From an uncultured bacterium (GTDB lineage: Bacteria > Chlamydiota > Chlamydiia > Chlamydiales > JAJFMA01), in contig CAYTFC010000006.1 of NCBI GenBank assembly GCA_964436955.1, positions 4,390-65,001 of the forward strand: a stretch of DNA of 60,612 nucleotides, read 5' to 3'. The first letter of the stretch is position 1, and the number at the start of each line of letters is the position of its first letter. The notes beneath the pieces were generated by a model. The model did not search any database, was not told the DNA's origin, and was given only the letters and a program-made list of their open reading frames with translations. The translations under genes and the position numbers were made by a program. Shown here piece after piece: positions 48,784 through 57,914 of this stretch.

Positions 48784-49635
48784 ATGAAAAAGATACCTCT
48801 GCTTCCAAACGTGATCACAGCCTTTGGCTTAAGTTGCGGGCTTTTTGTGATCTTTCGCGCTTCGATGATGCCGGCTGGGACGGCGACTTATCACGACTTT
48901 GTGGCGTTAGTAATGATTTTATTATTGGCGGCTTTCGCAGATGTTCTGGATGGAGCTGTGGCACGAGCTTTGAAGGTTCAGAGTGCCTTTGGTGGATTGT
49001 TTGATTCACTTGCCGATGCCATCAGTTTTGGTGTAGCGCCTTCGGTATTGATATTAAAAAGTTTGTCGATTTCGGCTGGAACGGAGTTGTCCTATCTTAT
49101 TACCACAGCCGCCATGGTCTTTTCGGTTTGTGGAGTCTTGCGTTTAGTACGTTTTAGCGTGGCCATCTATGAAGATACAGTTGTCGAGGATCTGCCGGGA
49201 ACTAAAAAGAATTTCATTGGTTTGCCTATTCCAGCCGCCGCTGCGGCTGCGATTTCATCGAATTTGTTTTTGGTTTCTCCGGACTTTGAAAGCTTGATTC
49301 ACCTCAGTCGCGAAGGGCGTGCCTTTTTGATGTTTGGTGTATTGATTGGTCTTGGCTATTTAATGGTCAGCCGCTGGCGGTTTCCAGCTTTCAATGCTTT
49401 ACGGGTGCGGGTTTCTTCGTTTCAGATCGTGTTTCCCACAGCGATGAGTGCGGTCTTTATTTTCTATGGGGTGTTATATCACTTCGCAACGGCTTTGCTG
49501 ATTATTTCTTGGGCTTATGTCTTGGTATCGTTTAGCCTTTCTATGACGCGCTATTTTATGGGTGCTAGAGCGCAGACTCTTGCTGGATTCGAACCAGAGC
49601 CAGAGCCTCCAGAAGACTTTGAGGACGAGCATTAG
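48784..49635 (+). CDS. pssA: CDP-diacylglycerol--serine O-phosphatidyltransferase
   Basis: DVLDGAVAR...FGGLFDSLADAISFGVAP, FIGLPIPAAA. Confidence 0.93.
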   Translation: MKKIPLLPNVITAFGLSCGLFVIFRASMMPAGTATYHDFVALVMILLLAAFADVLDGAVARALKVQSAFGGLFDSLADAISFGVAPSVLILKSLSISAGTELSYLITTAAMVFSVCGVLRLVRFSVAIYEDTVVEDLPGTKKNFIGLPIPAAAAAAISSNLFLVSPDFESLIHLSREGRAFLMFGVLIGLGYLMVSRWRFPAFNALRVRVSSFQIVFPTAMSAVFIFYGVLYHFATALLIISWAYVLVSFSLSMTRYFMGARAQTLAGFEPEPEPPEDFEDEH

Positions 49636-49663
49636 ATAGCCTGAAGACCTTACGCATTCGCGG

Positions 49664-50341
49664 CTACATGGCGTACTTACTCTCGTGGCTAGGGCCATAG
49701 ACCACCCTGACGCTGAATAGAGCCACAAACCACATGAGCACCGCGGCAAGGATGGTATCGCTAAGAAAATGCCCTCCCTGCGCAATACGTGTCATCGCCA
49801 GTAAAACGCCAAGCCCTACAGCAAAAATCACACTTCCCCAACAAAGGGTGTCATAGCCTTCTCGCCGAGCAACCAATGCGAGCACGAGGAAAAAAAAGCC
49901 CATGGTGACGTGACCACTGGGAAAGGATTTGTGATTATCGTCAGATTCGATGAAACTTGGTTTATAGAACGGCTGAAAGGCTTCTTTACCACCAAATTGT
50001 TCGATCTGTCGTGGACGAGGGCGTCCCCAATGATCCTTCAAAACTACGTTAACGAGAAGGCCAGGCCCAAGAATAAAAGCTAAGGCAATCGCTGCAGCTG
50101 GCATACGCCATCGGCGCCACCGTTCTAGGACATAGCTGCCGCACCAAACGATGATGGATAGGGCCCCTAAAGCTAGACCTGGGAGCTCACCTACTTTGTA
50201 GATGTATTGATCTAGCGTGCTTGGAGTGAAGTGATCTTCGTGAAAGAAGTAGGAACTGACAGATAGGTCCCATGCTGCGGAATACGGGGTATACAAAACG
50301 ACCGCTAAAAGCGGAAAAAGCCAATACCAATGGCGCGCCAT
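49664..50341 (-). CDS. PAP2 family phosphatase (possible lipid A phosphatase)
   Basis: KDHWGRPRP, SFPSGH, TRIAQGGHFLSD. Confidence 0.9.
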   Translation of the reverse strand: MARHWYWLFPLLAVVLYTPYSAAWDLSVSSYFFHEDHFTPSTLDQYIYKVGELPGLALGALSIIVWCGSYVLERWRRWRMPAAAIALAFILGPGLLVNVVLKDHWGRPRPRQIEQFGGKEAFQPFYKPSFIESDDNHKSFPSGHVTMGFFFLVLALVARREGYDTLCWGSVIFAVGLGVLLAMTRIAQGGHFLSDTILAAVLMWFVALFSVRVVYGPSHESKYAM

Positions 50342-50365
50342 TGCTGCTCCTTTATTGATTTCTTC

Positions 50366-51475
50366 TTATAAACCGCATTCTAACGAAGAGGTGCTTTTCC
50401 GTGAACGACGCAACTGCTGCGGCGAAATAGATAGTTCTCCAGATCTTTTAGCGGCTAGCTGTCCGCAGGCGGCACTGACGTCTTGCCCTCGGCTATAGCG
50501 AATAGGGGCTGGGATTGAGCGATCGCTTAGATATTGCTGAAACGATTGAATGCGTTGCTGTTCCGACGTGGTTAGGGTACTGCCAGGAAAGTGGTTCATG
50601 GGAATCAAATTAACCTTAGCTTTCATGCCATGGAGGAACTTTACGAGTCTTTTAGCGTCTAATATAGAATCGTTTTCGTTTTGAATCATGACATATTCAA
50701 AGGTGATACCGTAACGCGGCGGAGCGGGATACTCCATCAGAACTTTTTTTAACTCTTCCAAGGGATAGCGTCGATTGATGGGCATTAAACTACCGCGTCG
50801 TTCGTTATCAGCCGAATGGAGGCTAATTGCGAGTCGTACGGGTAGATCCTGCGCGAGTCGACGAATTTCCGGGACGAGACCCGAGGTGGAAATGGTAACT
50901 TTATGCTTTGACAATCCAAAGAATTGAGGGTCGATCATCATTCTACAGGCTTTGACGACTTCATCGTAATTATCCAGGGGCTCGCCCATTCCCATAAAGA
51001 CGATATTAGTGATTTGACGTGAATCTCCCATCAGATGCAGGCGTTGGTTTCCGATGATGATTTGGCAAAGAATTTCTCCGCTGGAAAGATTGCGTTTAAA
51101 GCCTATTTTACCTGTTTGGCAGAAAGTACAGCCCATTTTGCATCCCACTTGGCTGCTGACGCATAATGTGACGCGCTTTTCGGAGGGCATGACCACTGCC
51201 TCGGTAAGCAGATCGTCGTGGGTGACTAAGAGCAGTTTTTCGCTTCCATCAATAGATTTTAGGCCTTGATCAATGGTGTATGAGGTCCAACGAAAGTTTT
51301 CTGTGAGTTGTTGGCGCAAAGCAAGTGAAAGATTGGAAAACTGTTGTGGGTCAGTGACTTGCTTGTTGAATAACCAGTTAAGAATTTGTTTGGCTACAAA
51401 GGTTGGAGTTCCTTGAATCTTTAGCCAGTCTTTCCACTGCTGCTCAGAGAAATCAAGAGCAAAAGGTTTTTCCAT
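50366..51475 (-). CDS. rlmN: 23S rRNA (adenine2503-C2)-methyltransferase
   Basis: CVSSQVGCKMGCTFC, MGMGEP, SAACGQL. Confidence 0.95.
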   Translation of the reverse strand: MEKPFALDFSEQQWKDWLKIQGTPTFVAKQILNWLFNKQVTDPQQFSNLSLALRQQLTENFRWTSYTIDQGLKSIDGSEKLLLVTHDDLLTEAVVMPSEKRVTLCVSSQVGCKMGCTFCQTGKIGFKRNLSSGEILCQIIIGNQRLHLMGDSRQITNIVFMGMGEPLDNYDEVVKACRMMIDPQFFGLSKHKVTISTSGLVPEIRRLAQDLPVRLAISLHSADNERRGSLMPINRRYPLEELKKVLMEYPAPPRYGITFEYVMIQNENDSILDAKRLVKFLHGMKAKVNLIPMNHFPGSTLTTSEQQRIQSFQQYLSDRSIPAPIRYSRGQDVSAACGQLAAKRSGELSISPQQLRRSRKSTSSLECGL

Positions 51476-51478
51476 GTG

Positions 51479-52129
51479 TTACTCCAGATTGAGAATGATA
51501 TAGCCACGGAAATGGTTACTCTCATCCGAGTAGGTGTGCATTCCTGAGAAAAGCTTATCAAAAGGAACCCAATGGGGACCATTGGTCCAGCCTTCTAGCT
51601 CTTCAAGTTCTCGATCGACATCCATGACCAGAACGCAATTTGTTTCAGGATTGTAAGTTCCCAGGGGGCTGAAATGACCCATGTGATAATCAACGGGAAG
51701 GGTATGATAAATGTCAAAATTTGCAATGACGAAGCATGTAGAGGAGTTTACGTGATCAAGAAGTTGCCTAAACTCGTCTTTCTGACCTGCGGTGGTGACA
51801 TGAACCGTCTCGACACTTGAATAAGGGAGGGAAAAAGCATCAAGTGTCATTTCTAGATAATGACCGAGTTGGTCCAAACCGATACCATCGCCATCTTGGG
51901 CAACGGCTTTGTTCCATTCTGGAATGGAAACGGTCGCTAAGATTTCTTCCTCGGTATAGAAAGTTGTGCAGCCCTGAAAATCGAGCATTGCGTTCACTAC
52001 CATGGTAACGGAGGCGGCGCTGCAGGATGCATCGGTATGTTGGATCGCAAAATGGTGTTCGAGGAGTTCGTGGTGACTTGTGGTGAATGGAGCAATAGCG
52101 AGCGATGCTATAAGGGCGAGATGAAACAT
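51479..52129 (-). CDS. Phytochelatin synthase-like papain-fold protein with hydrophobic N-terminus
   Basis: Q....SCSAAS (Cys), GHFSPLG (His), LVMDVD (Asp), RGY near C-terminus. Confidence 0.8.
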   Translation of the reverse strand: MFHLALIASLAIAPFTTSHHELLEHHFAIQHTDASCSAASVTMVVNAMLDFQGCTTFYTEEEILATVSIPEWNKAVAQDGDGIGLDQLGHYLEMTLDAFSLPYSSVETVHVTTAGQKDEFRQLLDHVNSSTCFVIANFDIYHTLPVDYHMGHFSPLGTYNPETNCVLVMDVDRELEELEGWTNGPHWVPFDKLFSGMHTYSDESNHFRGYIILNLE

Positions 52130-52213
52130 TATATGTCATTATGTTCGTTAGGTTTAAACCAATAATTTTACGTCAAAATGCTGTTAAAATCAACATAAAT
52201 GGAAAGAGTAACG

Positions 52214-52305
52214 AAAAAGGAAGTGCCTCCATCTGAAGACCCTGATTGCTACCAAAACTTGCCGCACAAGTCATTGAATTTGAATTCAGGGTCTGAGGCA
52301 CTCCC
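52214..52305 (-). terminator. Rho-independent terminator interrupted by a mini-element
   Basis: A5 then ggaagtgcctc ... gaggcactccc arms; removing 52237-52294 restores a compact hairpin. Confidence 0.55.
52237..52294. mobile_element. ~58-bp MITE-like element with AGACCCTGA/TCAGGGTCT terminal inverted repeats
   Basis: 9-bp perfect TIRs, (T)GA duplicated at the junctions; 52236-52256 matches 28629-28649 exactly in reverse complement. Confidence 0.6.
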
Positions 52306-52329
52306 AAAGCTAAGCGGACAAGGGCTAAA

Positions 52330-52809
52330 TTAGCCAAACATATAGATCACTTTGTCGATATGCTGATCAATGGTCCAGTCCCATGCTATCTGATGTTCTG
52401 CGCAAAACTCGCGAATTTTGGCCTTAATCTGGGGCATTGCGATCTCCCAAAATTTGTCACGCGTAGGGTGATCAGCCTCGTGACCGAGCGAGATTGAATT
52501 GATAATAGCCGCTGCCAAGGAGCCGGCGCATAGTTGACACTCTCGCTGGTAACGGTCGTTACCGTACCTTTCAAGGGCTATTTCGATCAGCTTGTCATAG
52601 CTACTCTTTTTGGTTAGGTAAAGATCGTCAATGGTTTTTGTGATGGCTTCATAGAGCTCTTGCGTAGAGGTGGCAGAATTTACGATCTCATCTAACAAAG
52701 AGGGGATAATTTCATTGGGGTTTTCTACATTATATTTTCCAGCGTCGGCATTTGAAAATAAACTAATTGCTGTGAAGCAGCACATGATAAAAATGGACAG
52801 TTGTTTCAT
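52330..52809 (-). CDS. Hypothetical secreted protein
   Basis: Signal peptide MKQLSIFIMCCFTAISLFSNADA; AAGGA RBS. Confidence 0.75.
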   Translation of the reverse strand: MKQLSIFIMCCFTAISLFSNADAGKYNVENPNEIIPSLLDEIVNSATSTQELYEAITKTIDDLYLTKKSSYDKLIEIALERYGNDRYQRECQLCAGSLAAAIINSISLGHEADHPTRDKFWEIAMPQIKAKIREFCAEHQIAWDWTIDQHIDKVIYMFG

Positions 52810-52942
52810 CTTAAATATCCTTATTTTGATTTGCATATAGTTGATCTTAAATAGGATATAACCTTTCGATATCTTTGTCGATTATCAATTATTTATTTAA
52901 AAATTGAGTGTGGTATCATTTTTATAAGAGGCGAGTGGGTGT

Positions 52943-53329
52943 ATGACCTCGGCAGAGGAAATTTTATCTAAAATGGAAAAAGCTCTAGATGACCTTTTGG
53001 CGAATGCTCGCCAAATTGTCGAGGTCTCTCTACGCCCATTTTCTCAGTCAGATTTGCAATCCCTGCAGCAGCGCCAGCAGGAGCTCTCTCAACAGCTTCA
53101 AGAGCTAGATACGCGTCTCAACCAAGAGTATCCCAATGCAGCTTCTGAGAGCAATTTTGCTGCTGTCCAACACATGGAAGAGGGTTTGCAGGAATTTCAA
53201 AAGTTAAATAATGTGTTTATGGATAATATGCGAAAGCAGCATACCATTATTCAATTCGAACAAGAGAAAGCACATTCATCCCATCCAGACGGTAGCCTTC
53301 CCGCAGTAAACTCCGAGTCCGATCATTAG
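52943..53329 (+). CDS. Hypothetical coiled-coil protein
   Basis: 128 aa, Gln/Leu heptads; GAGG upstream. Confidence 0.7.
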   Translation: MTSAEEILSKMEKALDDLLANARQIVEVSLRPFSQSDLQSLQQRQQELSQQLQELDTRLNQEYPNAASESNFAAVQHMEEGLQEFQKLNNVFMDNMRKQHTIIQFEQEKAHSSHPDGSLPAVNSESDH

Positions 53330-53461
53330 GGCGCCTAAGGTGTAACACGCTTCAACGTCAAGCCAGCCGAAATAGGGTAGAGAAACAGATACCAAGCCTA
53401 GGACGATAAGAACGCATGCAAGCCAGATAAGACGCTTGCTAGTCGTTGAACGCTCATTCAT
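53276..53461 (-). CDS. Possible small two-TM membrane protein
   Basis: ATG overlaps the ftsK end; two hydrophobic helices; overlaps a convergent gene by 54 nt. Confidence 0.35.
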   Translation of the reverse strand: MNERSTTSKRLIWLACVLIVLGLVSVSLPYFGWLDVEACYTLGALMIGLGVYCGKATVWMG

Positions 53462-55859
53462 CGGGATCCTCCTCAAAATCATCTATGTGATGTCCTACCG
53501 CAGCAAGGCTGGGAATTTCTTGCTCTCCATCACCTGGAGCGGCATGAAGCACTCGGCGTCCCTTGCCATTTTCGTTTGGACTGATGATCTCATTGTTCTC
53601 AAGTTGATCAATGAGGCTAGCGGCGCGAGCATAACCAATCTTAAGCTTGCGCTGGAGAAAGGTTGTGGATGCATTCTGGCTTTTAATGACGAGTTCTCTG
53701 GCTTGGCTATAGAGACTGTCGATTTTATCGCCATCATCACTCTCACCGTTTAGGTCATCAAGAGAGTTCATGTTATCAAAAGACGCGATGGCATAATTGG
53801 GAGGTGCTTGCTCACAGACGAAGTCGACTACGCGGCGGATATCTTCATCCCGTATGAAGGCGCCTTGCGCACGAATGAGCTGCGAGCTGCCTGGAGGTAG
53901 GAAGAGCATGTCACCATTACCAAGCAGTGATTCTGCACCCGTTTCATCCAAAATGATCTGGCTGTTCACGCGGCTGGCTACTTTGAAAGAGATGCGCGTG
54001 GGGAAGTTAGCTTTGATTAGGCCAGTGATTACTTCACGTGAAGGTCGTTGCGTGGCTAAAATAAGGTGAATACCCACCGCACGGGCCATCTGAGCGATGC
54101 GAGCGATGGGTGTTTCAATGTCGTGGCTGGAGACCATCATCAGATCTGCCAATTCGTCAATGATTGCCACGATGTAAAACATTTTATCAGGGACTTCACG
54201 ATCCAGCGAGGCCTCAAAATCCTTATCGATTTTGCGGGTATTGAAGCCATCGATGTTACGTACTCCAAACAGTTTGAGGAGTTCGTAGCGGTTTTCCATT
54301 TCCTTCACAAGCCATTGCAGGGCTGTGCAAGCACCACCAGGTTCGGTAATAACCGGTGCTAGCATGTGCGGAAGGCGTGTGTAAGGGGTAAGTTCTACCT
54401 TTTTGGGGTCTACCATCAACAGACGGATTTGATCGGGGCGTGCATTAAACACTATCGACATGACGATGGTATTGATACAAACGGACTTCCCAGAGCCTGT
54501 GGCGCCGGCGATGATGCAGTGCGGCATTTTAGCTAAATCGCTGATGACATAATCGCCGTTAACGGCTTTTCCAAGTAAAACGGGTACGCGGCTTTTCTGT
54601 TTTGAGCTCTGATATTGGAGGAGCATTTCCTTAAAGCCAACCTCTTGTGGCTTGGGATTAGGAACTTCTATTCCAACAGCTGCCTTGCCTGGTATGGGCG
54701 CGATAATACGGATGGAGCGCGCTTCCATGTTAAGTGCGATATCATTCTCAAGAGCTTTGATCTTTTGGACCTTAACACCAATGGCGGGATGTACTTCAAA
54801 CGATACGATACTGGGACCGCAGTTGATTTGTCCCACTTTGGCTTCAATCCCAAAGCTATGTAGTGTTTCTTCTAAAACCTCTGCTTGACGTCGTAAATCC
54901 GCCCGAAGAGAGGATTGGTCTACTGTTTTAGCGTCAGTGATGAGGTCCAGGGGGGGTAAACGATAACCTTCGTAATCGCCGTTGTGAACTTTTTGGGCCA
55001 TCAGGGCTAATTCACGTTTGGATGGCTGTATGACCTTTTCTTTTTTAGCGGGTTTTAGGCCTTCAGATATGGCGCCGGAAACGGGTATCTCGGTTTGATC
55101 AGTGCTTTTTTGCTTATGTGAAAGCGATGGACGCGTTTGCGGGTCTTTATCAGGACGAATTGCCAACATGTCGGGTTTGGCGGTTTCTGCTTTTGCTGCA
55201 ACCGATGATAATTGCAACTTTACATAGCGCCAGAGGCTGTCACTCGAGGTTGTTGATTCTTCACGGCTAGGCCACAGCTTTTTTAGCAACGGTCCCAGTT
55301 GCAGATGCGTTAAGGCTAAAAAGCTAGCCAGCAGCGTACTCGAGAACACAACGGCGATGCCTGCTGTATTAAGGATGCGCTTCAGACTGAACGCTGGTAA
55401 GTCAGTATAGAGGTAATAAAGCGGGGTGCCCCCTAGGTGTAGCTGAATTCCGCGCGGAGCGTGAGGGCTATGCAATATTTCCTTTAGCCAGAAGGCGGAG
55501 GTAGGGCTAAGGTCTTCGACTAAATTGAGTAGAATTCCAGCAGAGATAATTCCTAGCAAAAGCCATCCAGATGTGCGGGCCAAATTTTCCAGAGACTTCC
55601 CTAGCAGGAGGCACATGCCGATCCATCCACAGTAGCCAGCGACTAGGTAGCTGCCGATCCCAAAAATATAGTACATGAAGGCGCCCAAAACATAGCCAAG
55701 TAGTCCGAGCCAATTACTGGAAGCGTGACCAAGACTAAAGCTGTGCAGGCTAAGTAGTTGCAAGATGGCTGTTGTGACAACCAGTAATCCTAGTAGCTCG
55801 TGATGGGGTCTTTTGTCGGAAGTATTAAGGGATTTCCCTTTTCCTGGTTCCCTGCCCAT
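53454..55859 (-). CDS. ftsK: DNA translocase FtsK
   Basis: N-terminal TMs, AGATGSGKS, IDELADLMM, ATQRPS, gamma domain IGYARAA; start set at ATG 55859 after GGAG. Confidence 0.96.
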   Translation of the reverse strand: MGREPGKGKSLNTSDKRPHHELLGLLVVTTAILQLLSLHSFSLGHASSNWLGLLGYVLGAFMYYIFGIGSYLVAGYCGWIGMCLLLGKSLENLARTSGWLLLGIISAGILLNLVEDLSPTSAFWLKEILHSPHAPRGIQLHLGGTPLYYLYTDLPAFSLKRILNTAGIAVVFSSTLLASFLALTHLQLGPLLKKLWPSREESTTSSDSLWRYVKLQLSSVAAKAETAKPDMLAIRPDKDPQTRPSLSHKQKSTDQTEIPVSGAISEGLKPAKKEKVIQPSKRELALMAQKVHNGDYEGYRLPPLDLITDAKTVDQSSLRADLRRQAEVLEETLHSFGIEAKVGQINCGPSIVSFEVHPAIGVKVQKIKALENDIALNMEARSIRIIAPIPGKAAVGIEVPNPKPQEVGFKEMLLQYQSSKQKSRVPVLLGKAVNGDYVISDLAKMPHCIIAGATGSGKSVCINTIVMSIVFNARPDQIRLLMVDPKKVELTPYTRLPHMLAPVITEPGGACTALQWLVKEMENRYELLKLFGVRNIDGFNTRKIDKDFEASLDREVPDKMFYIVAIIDELADLMMVSSHDIETPIARIAQMARAVGIHLILATQRPSREVITGLIKANFPTRISFKVASRVNSQIILDETGAESLLGNGDMLFLPPGSSQLIRAQGAFIRDEDIRRVVDFVCEQAPPNYAIASFDNMNSLDDLNGESDDGDKIDSLYSQARELVIKSQNASTTFLQRKLKIGYARAASLIDQLENNEIISPNENGKGRRVLHAAPGDGEQEIPSLAAVGHHIDDFEEDPDE

Positions 55860-55885
55860 TACTCCACCCCGAAAGAAGAAAGAAG

Positions 55886-55960
55886 GGCGATCGACGGGAT
55901 TCGAACCCGCGACATTTGGAACCACAATCCAACGCTCTAACCAACTGAGCTACGACCGCC
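55886..55960 (-). tRNA. tRNA-His (GTG), CCA not encoded
   Basis: GGCGGTCGTAGCTCAGTTGGTTAGAGCGTTGGATTGTGGTTCCAAATGTCGCGGGTTCGAATCCCGTCGATCGCC; cloverleaf, G-1:C73 His identity. Confidence 0.96.
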
Positions 55961-55972
55961 ATGAACCCTAAT

Positions 55973-56001
55973 TTTGTACTCAAACTCCAGTTTTACGTCA
56001 A
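55973..56001 (-). promoter_or_regulatory. Putative promoter of tRNA-His (possibly also ftsK)
   Basis: TTGACG-N17-TACAAA on the minus strand. Confidence 0.5.
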
Positions 56002-56084
56002 CTCTCAATTTCCTATCGATGATAAGTAATGTTTTTTAAATAAATAATTATAATATAATAATTAATATCAAGTAATGGAGGGTT

Positions 56085-57899
56085 ATGGATAATCTAAATA
56101 ATTCCTTTAGTTCTAATACTGATAGTTATAATCAACAGCCACCTTCAGTGCCTTCCAAAATGATGGGTGAGAATGTTCCCGTTGTTGAGCATCTTCCTGT
56201 TATTGAAGATCTGCCGCCTGTTGAGTCTTTAGATTTTTTGCTTGGGCCCGATTTGGCAGTAGCAGCTTTACCCCCGGGTACACAGGAAGTCGCGGCATTT
56301 TCTGCTCGTTTAAATAGTGACGTAAAGTTATTTCAGTCAGTTTTTGAACCAGTCATGGAGAACGCCACCGCAGATATATCACGCGATACTATTGCGACCA
56401 TTTCAGATACGTTTGATGGGTTTGGTACTATTTCGTCAATAGCAACAGCAGCACATATGGTGAATATTAATGATCAAGTTAGTGGTGCGCTATCGACTGC
56501 CTCTAATATCGGAGTCGCGGGTTCACTGGGCATTATGGTTGGGCTTGAAATATTGGTTAGCCTCCAAGAAGTGGAAAAGTATAAGGGGTTGCGACAAGAA
56601 CTTGCTGAACTACAAGGGCAATTAGCTACAACCACGGACCCTAAGACTGCTGAATGGTTAACGAAACGCATAGTTGCTGTAGAAGACAACTGTAAAGAGG
56701 TGGTGAACGGGGCGATCCTTCAAGGACTTAGAGCTGCGATATCGACCTCGGGTACAAGCGCTAATCTTCTTTCAAGTGGTGCTGGTGCTATGGGATTTAC
56801 ACAGGCGTCTACAGCTTTATCAATTGCAGGTGGCTCTTTAGGAGTTGCTGGTGCGGCTGTTGCGGTAGTGTATTCTGGGCATAGCATGTATGCTGAAATC
56901 AATACTTTGAAGGAAATTAACGAAGAAATGCAGACTCTTGTATCGAAACTTTCGGACAAGTCATTGGACCCCTCTGTGGTGCAGATAATAGAGTTAAGAT
57001 TGAATCGTTTAGAGCAACAAAAGCACGATGCTATGGTGAGCATTGTACAAAATGGAGTGACTGTAGGGCTTGCAATTACGGGAGGAACTGCTACAGCGAT
57101 AACTCTTGGTGCCGCTATCGCAGGAGCGACTTTAGGAGGTGCAGCTACTGTGTCGGTAGCTTCGTTGGGAATTGGTACTGCGGCAATTGGAGGAATGATC
57201 TTTGTGGGGGGATTGGGATATGCCGCCTATAAAAACAGAAAATTTCTAGAGATATCCGGAAAACAGGCAGTGGTTAGCCTTGAAAAAAGGAACTTAAAGG
57301 TCAAAGAGAAATCTAAGATTAAATCCAAAACCAAGATGGAGAAATTGATTCGAAGAAACGAAGTGGAAATTAGCAATAGCTCCAAACTACTAGCGACTCG
57401 CCGTGCAGGTTTGCAGACCGCTTTGAATAACGTTGAAGTGAGGATAACTGAATTAAGTGAGAGAATGGATCCTAACTTGCCCCAACAACTTCAACCGCTA
57501 TTTCATAGGAGAAACGAACTGCAATTAAAATTGAAGGCGTTAGAGGGGCGAGGTATTCGTGAGATAGGAGAAACGGTGGACCAACATTCAAAGCTAACCA
57601 CTAACATCAATTCTAGTTCCAGGCAGATCCAATCTATTCGGAAACAGACAAAACAGTTAAAAAATAAGCAGCAGAAGCTAGCAGTGGACAAGCAAATAAA
57701 TGCTCTTGCAAAACAGTTTTCCAGTGTGCCGGAGAATGAAGTGCGTTCGATTGCCACAAATTTATATGCGACATTCACAACTCAACCCAAGAGTAAACTT
57801 GCTGTAAAAGAGTATTTAGACGAACAAAGAATGCTTCCACCGGACTTTGACAAAGAACCAGTTGCTAGCGTCTTTCAATACCTAATCAAGGCGGTATAG
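56085..57899 (+). CDS. Candidate inclusion-membrane/T3SS effector protein
   Basis: Ser/Asn/Pro-rich N-terminus, long Gly/Ala hydrophobic hairpins (VGLAITGG...GGLGYAAY), C-terminal coiled coil; GGAGG RBS. Confidence 0.7.
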   Translation: MDNLNNSFSSNTDSYNQQPPSVPSKMMGENVPVVEHLPVIEDLPPVESLDFLLGPDLAVAALPPGTQEVAAFSARLNSDVKLFQSVFEPVMENATADISRDTIATISDTFDGFGTISSIATAAHMVNINDQVSGALSTASNIGVAGSLGIMVGLEILVSLQEVEKYKGLRQELAELQGQLATTTDPKTAEWLTKRIVAVEDNCKEVVNGAILQGLRAAISTSGTSANLLSSGAGAMGFTQASTALSIAGGSLGVAGAAVAVVYSGHSMYAEINTLKEINEEMQTLVSKLSDKSLDPSVVQIIELRLNRLEQQKHDAMVSIVQNGVTVGLAITGGTATAITLGAAIAGATLGGAATVSVASLGIGTAAIGGMIFVGGLGYAAYKNRKFLEISGKQAVVSLEKRNLKVKEKSKIKSKTKMEKLIRRNEVEISNSSKLLATRRAGLQTALNNVEVRITELSERMDPNLPQQLQPLFHRRNELQLKLKALEGRGIREIGETVDQHSKLTTNINSSSRQIQSIRKQTKQLKNKQQKLAVDKQINALAKQFSSVPENEVRSIATNLYATFTTQPKSKLAVKEYLDEQRMLPPDFDKEPVASVFQYLIKAV

Positions 57900-57914
57900 G
57901 GGTTTGCACGCATT

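Noticed and set aside
20548-52305. Integron attC cassette array
   Set aside because: Hairpins lack consistent RYYYAAC/GTTRRRY ends, are not tandemly arrayed with co-oriented genes, and no integrase is present
55860-55925. N-terminal extension of FtsK
   Set aside because: Runs through tRNA-His; ATG 55859 has an RBS
55886-57899. tRNA-His-integrated genomic island
   Set aside because: The accessory gene lies on the tRNA 5' side; no duplicated tRNA 3' end or integrase
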